Below are positions 36,088 through 45,706 of a DNA stretch of 64,000 nt, one piece after another; position 1 is the stretch's first letter; each line of letters starts with the position of its first letter. The DNA is taken from positions 221,030 through 285,029 of the forward strand of contig DIUX01000001.1 of assembly GCA_002423185.1 (NCBI GenBank). Reading direction: 5' to 3'. This stretch comes from Micavibrio sp. UBA6147. Its GTDB lineage: Bacteria; Pseudomonadota; Alphaproteobacteria; Micavibrionales; UBA1664. Position numbers and translations under genes: made by a program. The notes under the pieces were generated by a model, which saw nothing but the letters and a program-made list of their open reading frames with translations, ran no database searches and had not been told where the DNA came from.

Positions 36088-36918
36088 GTGCTCTGGAAAA
36101 TTATCTGGATATTATTTGCTTTGGCAGTCACAGGCTATTGCGGCTGGACACTTCAGGTTATTTTGAACCAGAAGAAAGCATGGCGCGCCTTCGCAAAGAA
36201 ATACAAACTCAAATATATGGAGGAGGGGATGTTCTCCCCCCCCGGCATGTTCGGTAAAATCGGCGGTCAGGCTTTTGTGGCCTATATTGAGAGCAGTAAC
36301 GGCTTCTCTTTCGGCCAGAGCGGGAGTTGGACCGTCCTCGAAATGCCGTTTGAGAGCGAGCTGAAAACCGCCGAAATAACAATGGTGTCAACCGATTTCA
36401 TGCTGGAAATGCAGCAAGCCGATTGGCTCCAATCCTTTGTGCCGGATCATCCCGCATGGGGCGATAACACACCGCTTTATTCCGAAACACCGGATTTCTT
36501 TAAAAACTATCTTGATGACGAAAAAATCACGTCCCTTGCGCGCCTTAAATCTGCCCCAAAGGCGGGATATATTTTTATGGTCGATCAGGAAGGCAGCGTG
36601 GTGTCATACCGCACCCGCCAACCTTTGGACGACCCGAAACAGATTAACGAAGCGGTGAAAATCATCCGAGCCGTTGTCGATGCATGGCAAAAACCGTCCA
36701 AAGCCCGCCTTGCGGACAAGAAGTTCAGCGGGACATTAGCCTTCGAAGACGATGACGAAGACAAAGCGCAAGACCAAAATCTAGGCCAAGAGCCAAGCCA
36801 AAATAATGCGGCCAAGAATACTGAGGACGAAATCCTGCCACAGGACAACACACAACAAGACAACAAGAGTATCAATCCGGAGTCCGGTTCCGATAAATCC
36901 GTTCAACCTTCATCATAA
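36088..36918 (+). CDS. Membrane-anchored hypothetical protein with an acidic/polar tail
   Basis: GTG start; N-terminal TM (LWKIIWILFALAVTGYCGWTL); C-terminal EDDDEDKAQDQNLGQEPSQNNAAKNTEDEILPQDNTQQDN. Confidence 0.55.
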   Translation: MLWKIIWILFALAVTGYCGWTLQVILNQKKAWRAFAKKYKLKYMEEGMFSPPGMFGKIGGQAFVAYIESSNGFSFGQSGSWTVLEMPFESELKTAEITMVSTDFMLEMQQADWLQSFVPDHPAWGDNTPLYSETPDFFKNYLDDEKITSLARLKSAPKAGYIFMVDQEGSVVSYRTRQPLDDPKQINEAVKIIRAVVDAWQKPSKARLADKKFSGTLAFEDDDEDKAQDQNLGQEPSQNNAAKNTEDEILPQDNTQQDNKSINPESGSDKSVQPSS

Positions 36919-36928
36919 AGGACGACCC

Positions 36929-37636
36929 ATGGTTAAGAAGTGCGAAGGAAAAAGTAAAACATTCCGAAGAAATCTCGTTCTTGCGAGTGTCAGCATTGCT
37001 TTGGCTGCGCTCACATTCGGCTGGGATAATCTCAACGGAAAAGTAGCCACAGCCGAAGATCTTGCCCCGCCGCCATTGCTGTGGGAGGCTCAACCCGAGC
37101 CGCGTAAACCAGATAACACCTACTACCACAAGAAAAAAGCTCAACAGCAGCAACAGCAACAACAATCCCAGCGCCGCATGGCGCAAGAGCCCGCTCATGG
37201 TGGCCCTCAACAAGTACAAGGCGGCGCAGAGCCGGGGTCTGCAATGGCTCCGTCCATGACGCCCCCACCTGAAGGGGGCATAAGCGCCGAAGAATATCAA
37301 AGAAATCTCGATGCCCGTGAACAACCGGATTCCGACATGATCGGCGATGGTGAAGCAGGTGCCCCGGGGGTTTCCGAAGGTTATCCGGGCGATGACGCTG
37401 AGCCTTCCGATGCCATGGACAAACGCGCCCCTACGTCGCCTTTACCGCCTCAGGAAGCCTGTAACTACAACCATTTCGTCGGCAAGAATATCAAGGATAT
37501 TGACTTCTCGTTATTCGGCAAACGTCCGACCCGCGTAATTTATCCGAACCAAGCGGTCACGATGGATTATTCATCCAGCCGCATTAATTTCGAAGTCGAA
37601 CAAAGCGGTAAAATTACGCGCGTTGCGTGCTACTAA
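36929..37636 (+). CDS. Membrane-anchored protein with a poly-Gln/Pro-rich linker and a C-terminal peptidase-inhibitor-I78-like domain
   Basis: The start is set at MVKKCEGKS. TM helix LVLASVSIALAALTF, then a KKKAQQQQQQQQSQRR run. The C-terminus is CNYNHFVGKNIKDIDFSLFGKRPTRVIYPNQAVTMDYSSSRINFEVEQSGKITRVACY. It matches the I78 pattern C..FvG....R(v/i)i.P...vTmDy...RiN..vd..g.I..v.C, recalled from memory. Confidence 0.6.
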   Translation: MVKKCEGKSKTFRRNLVLASVSIALAALTFGWDNLNGKVATAEDLAPPPLLWEAQPEPRKPDNTYYHKKKAQQQQQQQQSQRRMAQEPAHGGPQQVQGGAEPGSAMAPSMTPPPEGGISAEEYQRNLDAREQPDSDMIGDGEAGAPGVSEGYPGDDAEPSDAMDKRAPTSPLPPQEACNYNHFVGKNIKDIDFSLFGKRPTRVIYPNQAVTMDYSSSRINFEVEQSGKITRVACY

Positions 37637-37664
37637 GCGCCGTACATCACACGTACACCCTCAT

Positions 37665-37703
37665 TAAAAAAACGGCACAGAAATGTGCCGTTTTTTGTTT
37701 TTT
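37665..37703. terminator. Bidirectional Rho-independent terminator between convergent genes
   Basis: Stem CGGCAC (37673-37678) / GTGCCG (37685-37690), with AAAAAAAA upstream and TTTTTTGTTTTTT downstream. Confidence 0.8.
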
Positions 37704-37747
37704 ATCAGTGTGTTGTGATTGAGTGTTATTGCAAAACGTAAAGCAAG

Positions 37748-39421
37748 TTACGCCTTGATAAGAGCAATTCCAAATCCATCCAAAATCAATAAGCCATTAT
37801 CGTCCGTATGGCTGTTTTGTTGCAATATAGGCGTTTTGCCGCGATAGGCTTCGGGAACGGTAATGCCCGCTTGCCACTGGTCGAGGTGGAAAACGCAGAG
37901 GATTTTCTTACCCTCAAAGCACCGGTCAAAGACGAGCACGCCTTCGCCATAATCATGGAACGAAATATCCCCCAGCATAAGGGCGGGAAGGGTTTTTCGA
38001 AGCGCCATAAAACCCTTCGTAAAGTGGAACACGGATTGCGGGTCGCCGCGCTGTACGTCTGCGGCATTGTCCAAATGGGCGACTTCAACGGGCAACCATG
38101 GCTCTGCGCTTGACGATGCGGGCGAAAATCCGGCGTGACGATCCATGCGCGACCACGGCATCGGCGTACGGCACCCATCGCGCCCTTGCCATTGCGGCCA
38201 TAAATGAATGCCCCAAGGGTCTTGAAGTTTTTCATACGGGATGGTGCTTTCGGTCAGGCCAAGCTCGTCGCCTTGATACATGAAAATTGTTCCGCGCAGC
38301 GCCAGCAACAGCGCCAAAATCATCTTCTTGAACGCGGGGTCATTATCGTGTTTATCCTCCCCCCAACGACTGAAGACGCGTACAACGTCGTGGTTGCTGA
38401 ACGCCCATGACGGCCAGCTCTGCCCCGCGCCGTATTCGATCTCCAGCTCTACCGGCTTACGAATACGGCTGGTGGTGAGTTTTTTGCGCTCACCGCTCAT
38501 CAAATGGGTGTTATAGGCGGTATGCAACAAATCGCCGCCGGAGGTGTATTCCGCCGACCGCGCATAGGGGTTGTCATCGCCGATTTCACCGAGCATCACG
38601 GTCGAGTCATACTCATCCGTAAGCGCCCGCAAACGGCGAATAAATGCGATGTTTTCCGGCTGCGATTTATCGTGAATATGGCTTTGCATATTATACGGGT
38701 CTTTGGCCTCAAGCTGGGTCGCGAAATCGGTTGCGCCGGCGTCCACATTGCGCGGCGGGTTGTCTTCGAGGCTGGGATTATGCGCGTACATATTGACGGT
38801 ATCAAGGCGGAATCCGTCAATCCCGCGATCAAGCCAGAATTTGCACGTCGCCAAAATCGCGTCCTGAACATCGGGGTTGTGGTAATTGAGGTCGGGCTGT
38901 TCCTTCAGGAAGTTATGCATGTAATATTGCCCGCGAAACACGTCAAAATGCCATGCCGGCCCCCCAAAAATGGATTGCCAGTTATTCGGCGGCGACCCGT
39001 CGGATTTGGGGTCGGCCCAGACATACCAGTCGCTTTTGGTGCCTTTGGCGCCTTTGCGGCTCTCCTGAAACCACGGGTGGCGGTCGGATGTGTGGCTCAA
39101 GACTTGGTCGATCATCACCTTAATGCCGAGCGTTTTGGCGCGGGCGATCAAGGCGTCAAAATCGGCGAGTGTTCCGAACATCGGGTCAACATCGCAATAA
39201 TCCGACACGTCATAGCCGAAATCCTTCATCGGCGACTTAAAAAACGGCGAAATCCAGATCGCATCAATCCCGAGATCGGCAAGATAATCAAGCTTTTGAG
39301 TAATGCCGGGCAGGTCGCCAATCCCGTCACCGTTCAAATCCATGAAACTGCGCGGGTATATTTGATAAAATACGGCTTTTCTCCACCATTCCTGACCTTT
39401 TTTCTCGGTATTATGCGTCAT
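37748..39421 (-). CDS. GH13 alpha-glucosidase (oligo-1,6-glucosidase/AglA-like)
   Basis: WWRKAVFYQIYPRSFMDLNGDGIGDLPGI, DAIWISPFF, VMIDQVLSHTS, GIDGFRLDTVN (nucleophile region), MLGEIGDD (acid/base) and AFSNHD are the four conserved alpha-amylase family regions. Confidence 0.9.
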   Translation of the reverse strand: MTHNTEKKGQEWWRKAVFYQIYPRSFMDLNGDGIGDLPGITQKLDYLADLGIDAIWISPFFKSPMKDFGYDVSDYCDVDPMFGTLADFDALIARAKTLGIKVMIDQVLSHTSDRHPWFQESRKGAKGTKSDWYVWADPKSDGSPPNNWQSIFGGPAWHFDVFRGQYYMHNFLKEQPDLNYHNPDVQDAILATCKFWLDRGIDGFRLDTVNMYAHNPSLEDNPPRNVDAGATDFATQLEAKDPYNMQSHIHDKSQPENIAFIRRLRALTDEYDSTVMLGEIGDDNPYARSAEYTSGGDLLHTAYNTHLMSGERKKLTTSRIRKPVELEIEYGAGQSWPSWAFSNHDVVRVFSRWGEDKHDNDPAFKKMILALLLALRGTIFMYQGDELGLTESTIPYEKLQDPWGIHLWPQWQGRDGCRTPMPWSRMDRHAGFSPASSSAEPWLPVEVAHLDNAADVQRGDPQSVFHFTKGFMALRKTLPALMLGDISFHDYGEGVLVFDRCFEGKKILCVFHLDQWQAGITVPEAYRGKTPILQQNSHTDDNGLLILDGFGIALIKA

Positions 39422-39457
39422 TAGATGCCTTTCTTGGTTGTTTTGGTGTTTTTGTTG

Positions 39458-40249
39458 TTATTTTTGCGCGACAAGCCGTATTTTTTCGGCGGCATCTCGT
39501 ATTTCTGCCTCTGCTTTGTCCAAAATATCGGTATTTGTGCTGCGGATTACGATATTCAGCCCCGCAACACCGTCTTTAAAGCGCGGATAGCTTCCGACAT
39601 CCAGCCCTGCATAGGCGTTTTCGATACGCTCAAGGTCAGGTGCGATCATGCTCTCCGGAATATCATCACACCCGATTGTGCGCGAATGAACGAGGAGTCC
39701 GGCGCGTAATGTCGGGATAATCACCCCCAGCATCGCCTTCATAATATCCGGCACACCCGCCATGCCAAAGACATTTTTCATGTGAATCCCGGGGGCGGCG
39801 GACACGCTGTTTTCGATCAGCCCTGCGCCTTTGGGCATCCATGCCATTTTTTCGCGGCCTTTGTTCATGCGGTCTGCGCCGTAATGGCGGATCAAGATGC
39901 CATGCGCCTCGGCGTTGAGTTCTAGCTCCGTGTCAAAGGCGCGGGCGAAGGCTTCGGCGGTTTTGTCGTCATGGGTCGGGCCAATCCCGCCGCAGGTGAA
40001 AACATAGTCGAACCGCGCCGCATAATCACGGATACGCGCTTCGATAAGGTCGATGATGTCGGGGATGACTTGTATCTCTCGCACCGTGATGCCATGGGCG
40101 GTGAGGGCTTCGGCAATATATCCCGAATTCGTGTCTTTTGTGCGCCCCGACAATATTTCATTGCCGATCACCAAAATACCGGCAGTCACAAATCCGTCCT
40201 GCCCGTTCTTTTGGGCGTTTTGGTGGCTTTTTTCTGTGGTTTTGCTCAT
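39458..40249 (-). CDS. CinA-like / MoCF-biosynthesis (molybdopterin-binding) domain protein
   Basis: AGILVIGNEILSGRTKDTNSGYIAEALTAHGITVREIQVIPD...FTCGGIGPTHDD. The start is uncertain (40336 or the internal MSKTTEK at 40249). The longer version would overlap map. Confidence 0.75.
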   Translation of the reverse strand: MSKTTEKSHQNAQKNGQDGFVTAGILVIGNEILSGRTKDTNSGYIAEALTAHGITVREIQVIPDIIDLIEARIRDYAARFDYVFTCGGIGPTHDDKTAEAFARAFDTELELNAEAHGILIRHYGADRMNKGREKMAWMPKGAGLIENSVSAAPGIHMKNVFGMAGVPDIMKAMLGVIIPTLRAGLLVHSRTIGCDDIPESMIAPDLERIENAYAGLDVGSYPRFKDGVAGLNIVIRSTNTDILDKAEAEIRDAAEKIRLVAQK

Positions 40250-40311
40250 ATTACTACTCTTAACACTTTGCTTTTTGTGTCCTTCTATACTATTTTGAGC
40301 GCTGGAAAAAG

Positions 40312-41166
40312 ATGATTTCGGGAAAAATCGCGACAATGAAGCACAGCATCACACGAACCGAAGAAGCCAGAAGCGCGAGCGGCATCCTCCTGCACACCAA
40401 GGAGGGATTCCAAGGGATGCGTGACGCCGGACAATTGGCGGCGCGGACATTGGACTATATCACGCCGCTTGTTCAGGTCGGCACAACGACCGAGGAATTG
40501 AACCGCCTGTGCCATGATTTTATCCTGAAAAACGGCGCGATTCCGGCACCGCTCAATTACAAAGGCTATCCCAAATCCATCTGTACGTCGATCAATCATG
40601 TGGTTTGCCACGGCATTCCCGACGATAAACCCCTGAAAAACGGCGACATCATGAATGTCGATGTGACCGTGATTTTGAACGGCTGGTACGGCGATACGAG
40701 CCGTATGTTCACGGTTGGCGATAAAATCTCGGTCAAGGCGCGGCGCCTTATTGATGTGACCTATGATGCGATGATGGCGGGGATTGAGGCCGTCCGCCCT
40801 GGTGCAACGCTCAACGACATTGCCCGCGCCATCCAAGAAGTCGCGGAAGCCCAGCGTTTTTCCGTTGTCCGCGATTTCTGTGGCCATGGTCTTGGGCGCG
40901 TTTTTCATGACCTGCCCTCCGTTTTGCATTACGTCGAACCGGGCAATGATACGGTGCTGGAGGCCGGCATGTTCTTTACCATCGAACCGATGATCAACGC
41001 CGGACGATACGAAACAAAAGTCTTGTCCGATGGATGGACGGCGGTGACGCGCGACCGCGAATTATCGGCACAATTTGAACACAGCCTCGCCGTCACGGAT
41101 GACGGGTTTGAAATTTTCACATTATCGCCGGCGGGACACACCAAGCCCCCGTATAGCGCAGCCTAG
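40312..41166 (+). CDS. map: Type I methionine aminopeptidase
   Basis: Metal ligand contexts: VVCHGIPDDKPLKNGDIMNVDVTVILNGWYGDTSRMF, CGHGLG, FTIEPM and FEHS. The start is either 40312 or 40336. Confidence 0.93.
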   Translation: MISGKIATMKHSITRTEEARSASGILLHTKEGFQGMRDAGQLAARTLDYITPLVQVGTTTEELNRLCHDFILKNGAIPAPLNYKGYPKSICTSINHVVCHGIPDDKPLKNGDIMNVDVTVILNGWYGDTSRMFTVGDKISVKARRLIDVTYDAMMAGIEAVRPGATLNDIARAIQEVAEAQRFSVVRDFCGHGLGRVFHDLPSVLHYVEPGNDTVLEAGMFFTIEPMINAGRYETKVLSDGWTAVTRDRELSAQFEHSLAVTDDGFEIFTLSPAGHTKPPYSAA

Positions 41167-41182
41167 ACAACAGAGCAACATA

Positions 41183-42052
41183 ATGACCCGCAAATCGGGA
41201 ACGCATTTTTCCGACCTTATGCCCGCCGCGCAAGGATCATCCCTCGCGCTGCCTGACCCATCATGGATAAAGGCGACGGATGAACAAACCACAAACCCCG
41301 AAGCGCCGCTTCACTCCGCCGCTGACACTGCCGCTGCCAAAGCCACCGCCGCCCAAAACGGCGGACAAGCCGATGACAAGCCGCACCATCTCGGCCATCG
41401 TGACCGCCTGCGCACACGCTTTGTGGAGGGCGGGGGTGAGGCGCTGGCCGATTATGAACTGATTGAGATGCTGCTCTTCCTCGGCATCCCGCGCAAGGAC
41501 ACCAAGCCCCTCGCCAAAGACCTCATCAAACATTTCAAATCATACGAAGCGGTTTTGGCAACCGATTATGACGATCTTGCGGCGTTTAAAGGCATGACGA
41601 AAAACGCCGCCGTGGCGCTCAAACTCGTTCAAGCCTCGGCGCACCGTATGTTGCGGGCATCGGTGATGGGCGAGCCGGTGTTGAACAGTTGGGCGCGGTT
41701 GATGGATTACTTGCGCGCAACGATGGCGCAGGAGAAAAGAGAACATTTCAGGATTTTATTCCTTGATCGCAAAAACAACCTGATCGCCGATGAAGTCCAG
41801 CAATCGGGAACGGTCGATCAAACCCCTGTATACCCGCGTGAAATTGTTAAACGCGCGATACAGCTCAACGCCACCGCGCTGATCCTCGTTCATAACCATC
41901 CCAGCGGCGACCCCAGCCCGAGCCGTGCCGACATCGACATGACAAGACAAGTCGTCGAAGCCGCTAAAACCCTCGATATCGTCGTCCACGACCATATCAT
42001 CGTGTCGCGCAAGGGTTTAACGAGCCTTAAAAACGAAGGGCTGATGGGGTAG
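41183..42052 (+). CDS. radC: RadC-family JAMM/MPN+ protein with an extended N-terminal region
   Basis: C-terminal ALILVHNHPSGDPSPSRADIDMT (JAMM motif) and an upstream HhH-like LADYELIEMLLFLGIPRKDTKPLAKDLI. The start is set at MTRKSGT, after the map stop. Confidence 0.88.
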   Translation: MTRKSGTHFSDLMPAAQGSSLALPDPSWIKATDEQTTNPEAPLHSAADTAAAKATAAQNGGQADDKPHHLGHRDRLRTRFVEGGGEALADYELIEMLLFLGIPRKDTKPLAKDLIKHFKSYEAVLATDYDDLAAFKGMTKNAAVALKLVQASAHRMLRASVMGEPVLNSWARLMDYLRATMAQEKREHFRILFLDRKNNLIADEVQQSGTVDQTPVYPREIVKRAIQLNATALILVHNHPSGDPSPSRADIDMTRQVVEAAKTLDIVVHDHIIVSRKGLTSLKNEGLMG

Positions 42053-42151
42053 GCATAGGGGCGCGGCGTTCGGCGTCAATCTGCCCGCCGCGAAGCCATC
42101 TATATCGAATAGTTTTGCTTTCTCTTTCAATCCTCTGCATAATGACGCCAA

Positions 42152-42421
42152 GCCGTAGGCATTACGGCTCGGGGCTTCACAACCTCATCAATATCATGCG
42201 GCCCGCACCGGTCGTTATCTGTGCGCTTGTTTTCCTTACAAGAGCACCGTTTGGTGCCGCACTCGGCTTACGGCCGGGAGCGACGGTTATGTCCAAAGCT
42301 CCGGCTTAAAAGCCGTCGGCTGTTTTCATGGTATTACAGTTGTGAACTCCCGGTCACCAGAGCTTCATTGCTTCTGGTGACTTTTGGCACATGTTGTTGA
42401 CAAAAGCGGAGGACGTAAGCT
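42152..42421 (+). promoter_or_regulatory. Conserved 5' leader, copy A (upstream of FG-GAP paralogue 1)
   Basis: It aligns block by block with 45707-45989 and 54152-54325. Examples: TCGGGGCTTCACAACCTCATCA and GACGGTTATGTCCAAAGCTCCGGCTTAAAAGCCGTCGGCTGTTTTCATGG. The frame 42159-42380 encodes ...DGYVQSSGLKAVGCFHGITVVNSRSPELHCFW* but has no ATG/GTG/TTG start in this copy. Confidence 0.5.
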
Positions 42422-45382
42422 ATGAATACGCCTATAAACTGCTGTAAAACTTGCGTTATTACTTCTTTTAATTTTTTCATCTATAATCGTATTTATTCAC
42501 AGTTCACGCACGGAGCAAAAGAACTGCAAGTCGTTGTATGCTGGGTATTTCTTGCTTGTGTGTTGTGGGCGTGGGCGATTAGCCCCGCAAACGCGTCGTG
42601 CCCCGTGTCCGTCGCCGGTCAATATATCATGACTTATAATAACGGCACCAAATTTATGGCGGCGTGTAAATTCGGCGATTCTTTGCGCAATTTATGCGGC
42701 GTGACCGGAGCGGCCTGCACCGCGGGTCAAGAAGGCGACGTAGAGTATAACACGGCTGGCAACGTCCTGCGTTATTGCAACGCCAGCAACTGGATCAACG
42801 TCCAATGTGAATCGCTTGGCTCCTGCGCTGGTACAACGGCGGGCACGATTTCCGCCGATGCGACACAGATGAAATACTGCAACGGCACGACATGGCAAGC
42901 CATGTATAATGACGGGATATGCACCGGCATCGGCGTGCAAGAAGCCCTGTTTACCCCCAATGCCAGCACCGAAGGCGAAGACACGGTGCATTTCGGCGCG
43001 AGCCAAGGCATCACAATGACCGATGACTATATGGTGATTGGTGCTCACCGCGCGACACGTAATTCCATTCTTGATGGCGCGGCAACGGTCTATAAACGTT
43101 CCGGCGCGACATGGACGCGGCTCAAGGAGCTCGTCCCCAGCCCGATTGACACATTTGACTATTTTGGTCAAAGAGTGTCAATGGACGGCGATTACGTGAT
43201 TGTCGGCGCGGGCGGGCGCAGCACGGTTTATTTCTTTAAAAAGGACAGCGGCGGTGCCGATAACTGGGGGCAAATCGCGGTGCGCAGCGGCAATAGCTGG
43301 CACGGCGAAGCCGTTGATCTTGAGGGAGATCAAGCCATCGCCGGTGGCTATGCTCATAACGCGACCGTGGTTGACCAAGGACGCGCCCGCATTTACCGCA
43401 GGGATAGGGGCGGCGCCGATGCATGGGGTGAGGTCGTCATTCTCGACCACCCCGATGTTGATAAAGTCAATTATGACCGATTTGGTCGGGCTGTGGCGAT
43501 TGCGGCGGATGTTGCCGTCGTCGGCGCCTATGAACGCGATGAATCCGGCGTTGCCAATGCGGGGGCGGTCTATTTATACCGCGAAACGGCGCTCGACACA
43601 TGGTCGTATCACAAGAAACTTCTCAATCCCAACGGCCTAGGTGCAAGCGACCTTTTCGGCTATGCGCTCGATATCAAGGATCTCGACAATAACGGCACGG
43701 CGGACAGGCTGGTCGTCACCGCCTATGGAGATGATACGCAGGTCGGTGACCGCGGCACGATTTATATTTATGAACGCGACGAAGGCGGCGCCAATAATTG
43801 GGGACTCGTGGCACAAACATCGGATGCCACCGTGTCACCAACGTCGCGGCATGTCGGGTTTGATGTGACACTGGCGGGGGATTACATCATCTCTGGCTCA
43901 CGCCTCAATGACGAAAATGGCGTGGACGCAGGGGCTGGAATGATATTCCGCAAGGATGAAGGCGGTGCGAATAACTGGGGGCTGCAAACCTATGTCTGGG
44001 GTGGGGACACTGACACGCTCGACGAGCTTGGGCGCGGGGTTGCCGCATCCGAAACCGGAAACTACGCCGCCTTTGGTGCGATTTTTCGCCAGAATGCGGG
44101 CGCGCAGCCGGGCGCGGTTTATGCCTTCAGTCGTTCCGGTGCGACATGGACGCAACAACAAAAACTCACGCCCCCCGGAACCTATCAATACTCGGTGCGG
44201 ATGGGCGACTCCGTCGCGGTGTCCGGCGATTATGCGGCCGTCAGTATGATTTACCAGACCGACCGTTGGACGACTTTCCGCTCTGAACGCACTGGTGCGG
44301 TGAATATTTACCAACGTCAACCAAATGCCACATGGATTTTGGACAAACATCTTGTGCCGACATCGCCGCCGAGTGACATGCAATTCGGCGCGACATTGGA
44401 TGTTTCGCCCGAATATATGGTGGTCGGTGTTCCGCTGGACAACGGCCCGACCCGATCGGGCGGCGCGATTATCTTCGGGCGTAACGTCGGCGGCGCGGGC
44501 AATTGGGGCGAAATCAAAAAAATCAAACCATCCGACGCTGAATCTGAAGACAGGGCGGGGGAGTTTAATGGCCTTAGCTTGTTTGGCGATTACATCGTCC
44601 TCGGTGCATTTCGCGAAGACCGCGACCTCGTTTTTCCACAAATAGATGCCGGTGCGGCCTATATTTTCCACCGTAACCAAGGGGGCGCGGATAATTGGGG
44701 CGAGATTAAAAAAATTGTTTCAAGCGTCACCGAGAATAGCGCAAATTTCGGCAATGCCGTCGATATGGGCGGCACGACCTTGGCGGTGGGCGCACGGCTT
44801 GAGGACGCCAATGGCGGCAACTCCGGCGCGGTGTACCTGTTCGAACGCGACCAAGGCGGCTTGGATAATTGGGGGCAGGTCAAGCGTCTTGTCGGGGAAT
44901 CGGCGAATGATCAATATGGCTATGAAGTCGCGGTGTCTGGTGACACATTAGCGATTGGGGCGCCCTATGACGATGATGCCGGCACAAATACTGGTACGGT
45001 CTATATTTACTACCGTAATAATGGCGGTGCCAATAACTGGGGGCTGGAGAAAAAGCAGATCTACAGTGGCGCTGGCGCGGGCGATGCCGCCTTCGGCCAG
45101 TCCATTGACCTGTCGGGCGATATTTTGATTGTCGGCGCGCCGCTCGACGATACCAACCAGACAGATGGCGGCTATACCTATGTCTATTCCCGCAACGAAG
45201 GGGGCAACGACAATTGGGGCTTGCTCGCAACGATTGACCCCAATGTACCGGGGGAGGGCGATTATTTCGGGTTCAGTGTTGCCGTTTCCGGCAACGTGGT
45301 CGCCAGCAGCGGCCTATACAACGATGATTTCGGCGTTGATGACGGCTCGGTCTACCTTTTCGGCTGCCCTCCTGTACCATAG
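42422..45382 (+). CDS. Secreted Cys-rich-module + FG-GAP(FG-GAP_3-type) beta-propeller repeat protein, paralogue 1
   Basis: Signal peptide ending ANA|SCP. The ~150-aa module has 9 Cys (SCPVSVAGQYIMTYNNGTKFMAACKFGDSLRNLCG...RYCNASNWINVQC...KYCNGTTWQAMYNDGICTG). About 13 repeats follow of the form FG.SV...GDY...GA...D.GA.Y.F.R..GG..NWG, one with a DLDNNGTADRLVV Ca-loop-like motif. It ends GSVYLFGCPPVP. Confidence 0.9.
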   Translation: MNTPINCCKTCVITSFNFFIYNRIYSQFTHGAKELQVVVCWVFLACVLWAWAISPANASCPVSVAGQYIMTYNNGTKFMAACKFGDSLRNLCGVTGAACTAGQEGDVEYNTAGNVLRYCNASNWINVQCESLGSCAGTTAGTISADATQMKYCNGTTWQAMYNDGICTGIGVQEALFTPNASTEGEDTVHFGASQGITMTDDYMVIGAHRATRNSILDGAATVYKRSGATWTRLKELVPSPIDTFDYFGQRVSMDGDYVIVGAGGRSTVYFFKKDSGGADNWGQIAVRSGNSWHGEAVDLEGDQAIAGGYAHNATVVDQGRARIYRRDRGGADAWGEVVILDHPDVDKVNYDRFGRAVAIAADVAVVGAYERDESGVANAGAVYLYRETALDTWSYHKKLLNPNGLGASDLFGYALDIKDLDNNGTADRLVVTAYGDDTQVGDRGTIYIYERDEGGANNWGLVAQTSDATVSPTSRHVGFDVTLAGDYIISGSRLNDENGVDAGAGMIFRKDEGGANNWGLQTYVWGGDTDTLDELGRGVAASETGNYAAFGAIFRQNAGAQPGAVYAFSRSGATWTQQQKLTPPGTYQYSVRMGDSVAVSGDYAAVSMIYQTDRWTTFRSERTGAVNIYQRQPNATWILDKHLVPTSPPSDMQFGATLDVSPEYMVVGVPLDNGPTRSGGAIIFGRNVGGAGNWGEIKKIKPSDAESEDRAGEFNGLSLFGDYIVLGAFREDRDLVFPQIDAGAAYIFHRNQGGADNWGEIKKIVSSVTENSANFGNAVDMGGTTLAVGARLEDANGGNSGAVYLFERDQGGLDNWGQVKRLVGESANDQYGYEVAVSGDTLAIGAPYDDDAGTNTGTVYIYYRNNGGANNWGLEKKQIYSGAGAGDAAFGQSIDLSGDILIVGAPLDDTNQTDGGYTYVYSRNEGGNDNWGLLATIDPNVPGEGDYFGFSVAVSGNVVASSGLYNDDFGVDDGSVYLFGCPPVP

Positions 45383-45626
45383 GGAGGGGGACAGGCGAGG
45401 TGTATTCGGGTAATCAGCGGGATGAAGGACTGTATAGGCTCTTCTTAGCATTCGAGCGCTTTGCTTCGCGGCGTCTATTTTTTTCTCTAAAAAGTTGATT
45501 AATGATTTAGATCAGACACAGTCACTAATGGTTACTGTATCGCGCCCTGCAAAACTATATTTTTTCTAAAAAGATAAGCTGCCTTAGACGGTTTTTTATA
45601 AAAACACTATTTATTACAGTCGCTTA

Positions 45627-45651
45627 CAGATATGCAAAAAATGCATATCTG
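45627..45651. repeat. Perfect 10-bp inverted repeat in the AT-rich spacer upstream of leader B
   Basis: CAGATATGCA-aaaaa-TGCATATCTG. Confidence 0.7.
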
Positions 45652-45706
45652 CATCCTATGTGGGTGTGTTTACATTCTTTTGCAATCAAAAGTATACTTA
45701 AGAAAG

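Noticed and set aside
42115-42309. The 64-aa ORF in leader A (MLSLSILC...MSKAPA), and the tiny ORFs MSKAPA / MFKAPV / MYSLW that start at the conserved TTATGT in all three leaders.
   Set aside because: The 64-aa frame hits a stop almost immediately in the homologous leader B. For the tiny ORFs, the A-versus-B differences are second-position, non-synonymous changes in that frame, whereas they are synonymous in the alternative frame reported as a finding. I keep them as an alternative worth a glance in Ribo-seq data.
42152-42421. Whether the conserved leader is a known riboswitch (SAM-II/SAM-V because of an AAAGCT segment, cobalamin, glycine, guanidine).
   Set aside because: Apart from the short AAAGCT string, none of the conserved cores I remember for these classes is present. 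The downstream genes also have no metabolic link to those ligands.
42560-42610. Lipoprotein signal (lipobox) in the FG-GAP paralogues, because a Cys follows the signal peptide closely.
   Set aside because: The residues before the Cys are ANAS, ASAS, VQAT, ARAS, AWAS and SWAS. These fit AxA signal-peptidase-I cleavage, leaving (S/T)C at the mature N-terminus, and do not fit L-(A/S)-(G/A)-C.
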